Shown here: piece after piece, positions 62,419 to 64,000 of the stretch
How the letters are laid out: each line of letters starts with the position of its first letter
Position numbering within the stretch: position 1 is the first letter of the stretch
Origin: Patescibacteria group bacterium
GTDB taxonomy: Bacteria > Patescibacteriota > Patescibacteriia > Patescibacteriales > UBA12465
DNA length: 64,000 nucleotides
Assembly: GCA_041650775.1 (NCBI GenBank)
Contig: JBAZKO010000001.1
Location: 1,030 to 65,029 of the forward strand
Direction of reading: 5' to 3'
Notes under the pieces: generated by a model
What the model was told of the DNA's origin: nothing
Seen by the model: the letters and a program-made list of their open reading frames with translations, nothing else
The model's database searches: none
Position numbers and translations under genes: made by a program

Positions 62419-63429
62419 CTAACGCAACTTGCTTTTTAAATTTTTTAGCGTTAAACCTTTTAAAAAATTAAATCCGTAAATCAGGTGCGTCAAAAAAATA
62501 TAATAAACGGCGTTCAGGGCGACCAGCGGATTTTTTTCGTAGTGACGGATATCGAACAGCGCCTTTACCAGCGCCAGCAGATAAACCAGCCAGCCAATTC
62601 CATACAATTTCCAGACGATTCCGCCTGAAACTTTATCCTGTCCAAAAATTCCGCCGGCGACCATCAGATCGAGAATAAAACCCAGAACCACGAATGACAG
62701 AAAGACGCTCGGAATAAAATATTTTAGTTTGCAGGATGTTTCCGGATATTTCTTGGCAAAAAAACCGCGGTGGACGCCATAGCCGGCAACCTGTTTCAGA
62801 TGCTTCCCCAAACCCGATCGGCGGTGATGATAGGCGATGAGCGCCGGATCATAAACGATGCCGTCCGGATATTTCTTAATTAAATCTAAACATAACTTCG
62901 TATCCTCGCCCGGCCAATACTCGCTGTCAAAGCCGTTCAGCTCCGCGAAAACCGCTTTCCGAATCGAGAAATTGACGCTCGGCCAGTCGTCGACAATCCG
63001 TTTAGCGCCGCTCGGCGCGTACCTTTCCGGATTACCGCCGGACAACGGACTTAAAAAAACCGCGCCCGATACTTTTTGCCAGAAATTATCATCCGGCGGC
63101 GTAATTGCCGGCCCACCGACGGCTTTCACTTTTTCGTTCGCGAAGTCCTGTTCCAATATCTCCAAAAAATTATTGGCCGGATAAGCGTCATCATCGATAA
63201 ACACTAAAATTTCTCCCGCGGCTTCGTTAATCGCCCGCGTCCGCTTCACGGCCGGACCGACATGGCCGGTCGCAATCTGTTTTGTCTGCGGCCAGGTTTC
63301 CGCGTTCGTTTCATCCGGATAAATTATGATTTCATAATCCTCGCGGCTAACGCCCAAAATTTTCGGCACGGCTTCGCGGATATAATCGTTAATCGTTTTG
63401 ACCGGGATGATGAAACTAAATCTGATCAT
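62419..63429 (-). CDS. Glycosyltransferase family 2 with C-terminal TM helices
   Basis: FSFIIPVKT, FIDDDAYP (DxD) and GEDTKL, with TM helices after aa 240. Confidence 0.8.
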   Translation of the reverse strand: MIRFSFIIPVKTINDYIREAVPKILGVSREDYEIIIYPDETNAETWPQTKQIATGHVGPAVKRTRAINEAAGEILVFIDDDAYPANNFLEILEQDFANEKVKAVGGPAITPPDDNFWQKVSGAVFLSPLSGGNPERYAPSGAKRIVDDWPSVNFSIRKAVFAELNGFDSEYWPGEDTKLCLDLIKKYPDGIVYDPALIAYHHRRSGLGKHLKQVAGYGVHRGFFAKKYPETSCKLKYFIPSVFLSFVVLGFILDLMVAGGIFGQDKVSGGIVWKLYGIGWLVYLLALVKALFDIRHYEKNPLVALNAVYYIFLTHLIYGFNFLKGLTLKNLKSKLR

Positions 63430-64000
63430 AAATCCAACTTTCTTTTCTTTTTTAAAACATACAACGGCCGACCTAAAACCTCATTATGGATATGGGCGAT
63501 ATATAAAGCGACCAAGCCGAGCGAACATAAAACGATGCCGACTAAGAAAGTTATCAAAAGCGCCAGTTGCGCCGGACCGGAAAAACTGGAAGCGAAGTGC
63601 CAATGCGCCAGATACTTGCCGATTAAAACGTATAAGCCGAAAGGACCGGCGATAAATATGATCAGCAAACCGAGATAACCAGCCCATTTGAGCGGAATCA
63701 GGCTTAAGGAAATAAAACTATTCATCGCCAAACTAACCAATTTGCCAAAACTGTAAGACGGCCGGCCGTTTTTTCTTTCCCGCGCTTCGAAATAAATATA
63801 GTCGCAGTTAAAACCGAGCCAGGCGATAAGCGCCCTGGTCATTCTCTGATGCTCCGGGAATTTGTTGAATTGGTCTATCACTTGCCGATCCAGCAGACGA
63901 AAATCGGTCGCGTTCGGGATTAAGGCGGTAGAGGAAATCCAACCGATAATCTTATAAAATAAGAACGAACCATAATGTTTGATGAAACCGCATTTTTTAT
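63426..64000 (-). CDS. GtrB/ArnC-like family 2 glycosyltransferase (polyprenyl-phosphate sugar transferase type); N-terminal part lies off the right edge
   Basis: The ORF-track start at 63881 is a GTG. My upstream translation stays open to position 64000 (...FLFYKIIGWISSTALIPNATDFRLLDRQVIDQF...). Two C-terminal TM helices are typical of the family. Confidence 0.75.
   Translation of the reverse strand, partial: KKCGFIKHYGSFLFYKIIGWISSTALIPNATDFRLLDRQVIDQFNKFPEHQRMTRALIAWLGFNCDYIYFEARERKNGRPSYSFGKLVSLAMNSFISLSLIPLKWAGYLGLLIIFIAGPFGLYVLIGKYLAHWHFASSFSGPAQLALLITFLVGIVLCSLGLVALYIAHIHNEVLGRPLYVLKKKRKLDL

Noticed and set aside
1-64000. Possible alternative genetic code (UGA recoding), as in some CPR lineages.
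   Set aside because: Conserved proteins (gap, tsf, rpsB, cysS, ftsI, ddhC and others) are full-length and uninterrupted under the standard code in the supplied ORF track. There is no sign of in-frame UGA splitting genes.

Overview
This 64 kb window looks like a streamlined, CPR/Patescibacteria-like bacterial genome; that placement is inferred from gene content, not shown by phylogeny. I call 63 protein genes and 2 tRNAs. About 58 of the genes lie on the minus strand, many with 4-11 nt overlaps. There are no rRNA genes, CRISPR arrays, transposases or integrases. All homology calls rest on motifs read by eye from the ORF-track translations and my own translations, with no database search.

Content from left to right:
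- **1-1277:** a secreted BNR/Asp-box propeller gene, cut off by the window edge.
- **1.3-4.1 kb:** an NAD(H)-related trio of an orphan NuoF-like flavoprotein, an SDR and GAPDH.
- **4.2-6.6 kb:** ricT, tsf and rpsB.
- **7-15.6 kb:** housekeeping genes, namely SOD, a PyrF-PRTase fusion, rlmN, and a tgt lacking its zinc ligands.
- **15.6-26.7 kb:** an envelope block with a DUF4012 protein, glycosyltransferases, a sigma-r4/HARE-HTH protein, rfbA and rfbD.
- **26.8-28.9 kb:** a plus-strand two-gene operon with no recognisable domains.
- **29-34 kb:** a truncated dcw cluster, mraZ-rsmH-ftsL-ftsI-murF.
- **34.4-40 kb:** tsaB-like, dus, cysS, a nitroreductase, tRNA-Val, tRNA-Leu and rnhB.
- **41.5-64 kb:** a large surface-glycan locus.

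Strongest leads:
1. A roughly 15.7 kb low-GC island (about 45.1-60.85 kb) sits inside the glycan locus. It encodes a CDP-linked 3,6-dideoxyhexose pathway (DdhA, DdhB-like, E1/DdhC with an exact C-X57-C-X1-C-X7-C Fe-S motif). It also carries a YerE-like ThDP enzyme and an SDR reductase, which predicts a branched-chain, yersiniose-like sugar. Three tandem methyltransferases, an acetyltransferase and giant multi-pass membrane proteins accompany it. No E3 reductase is present.
2. An unnamed tandem module of about 48 aa (GRILLxV..GEAWYV...GLGI) recurs in three secreted proteins with different effector domains.
3. Two adjacent paralogous proteins of about 75 aa look like split halves of a ferritin/rubrerythrin-like di-iron bundle.
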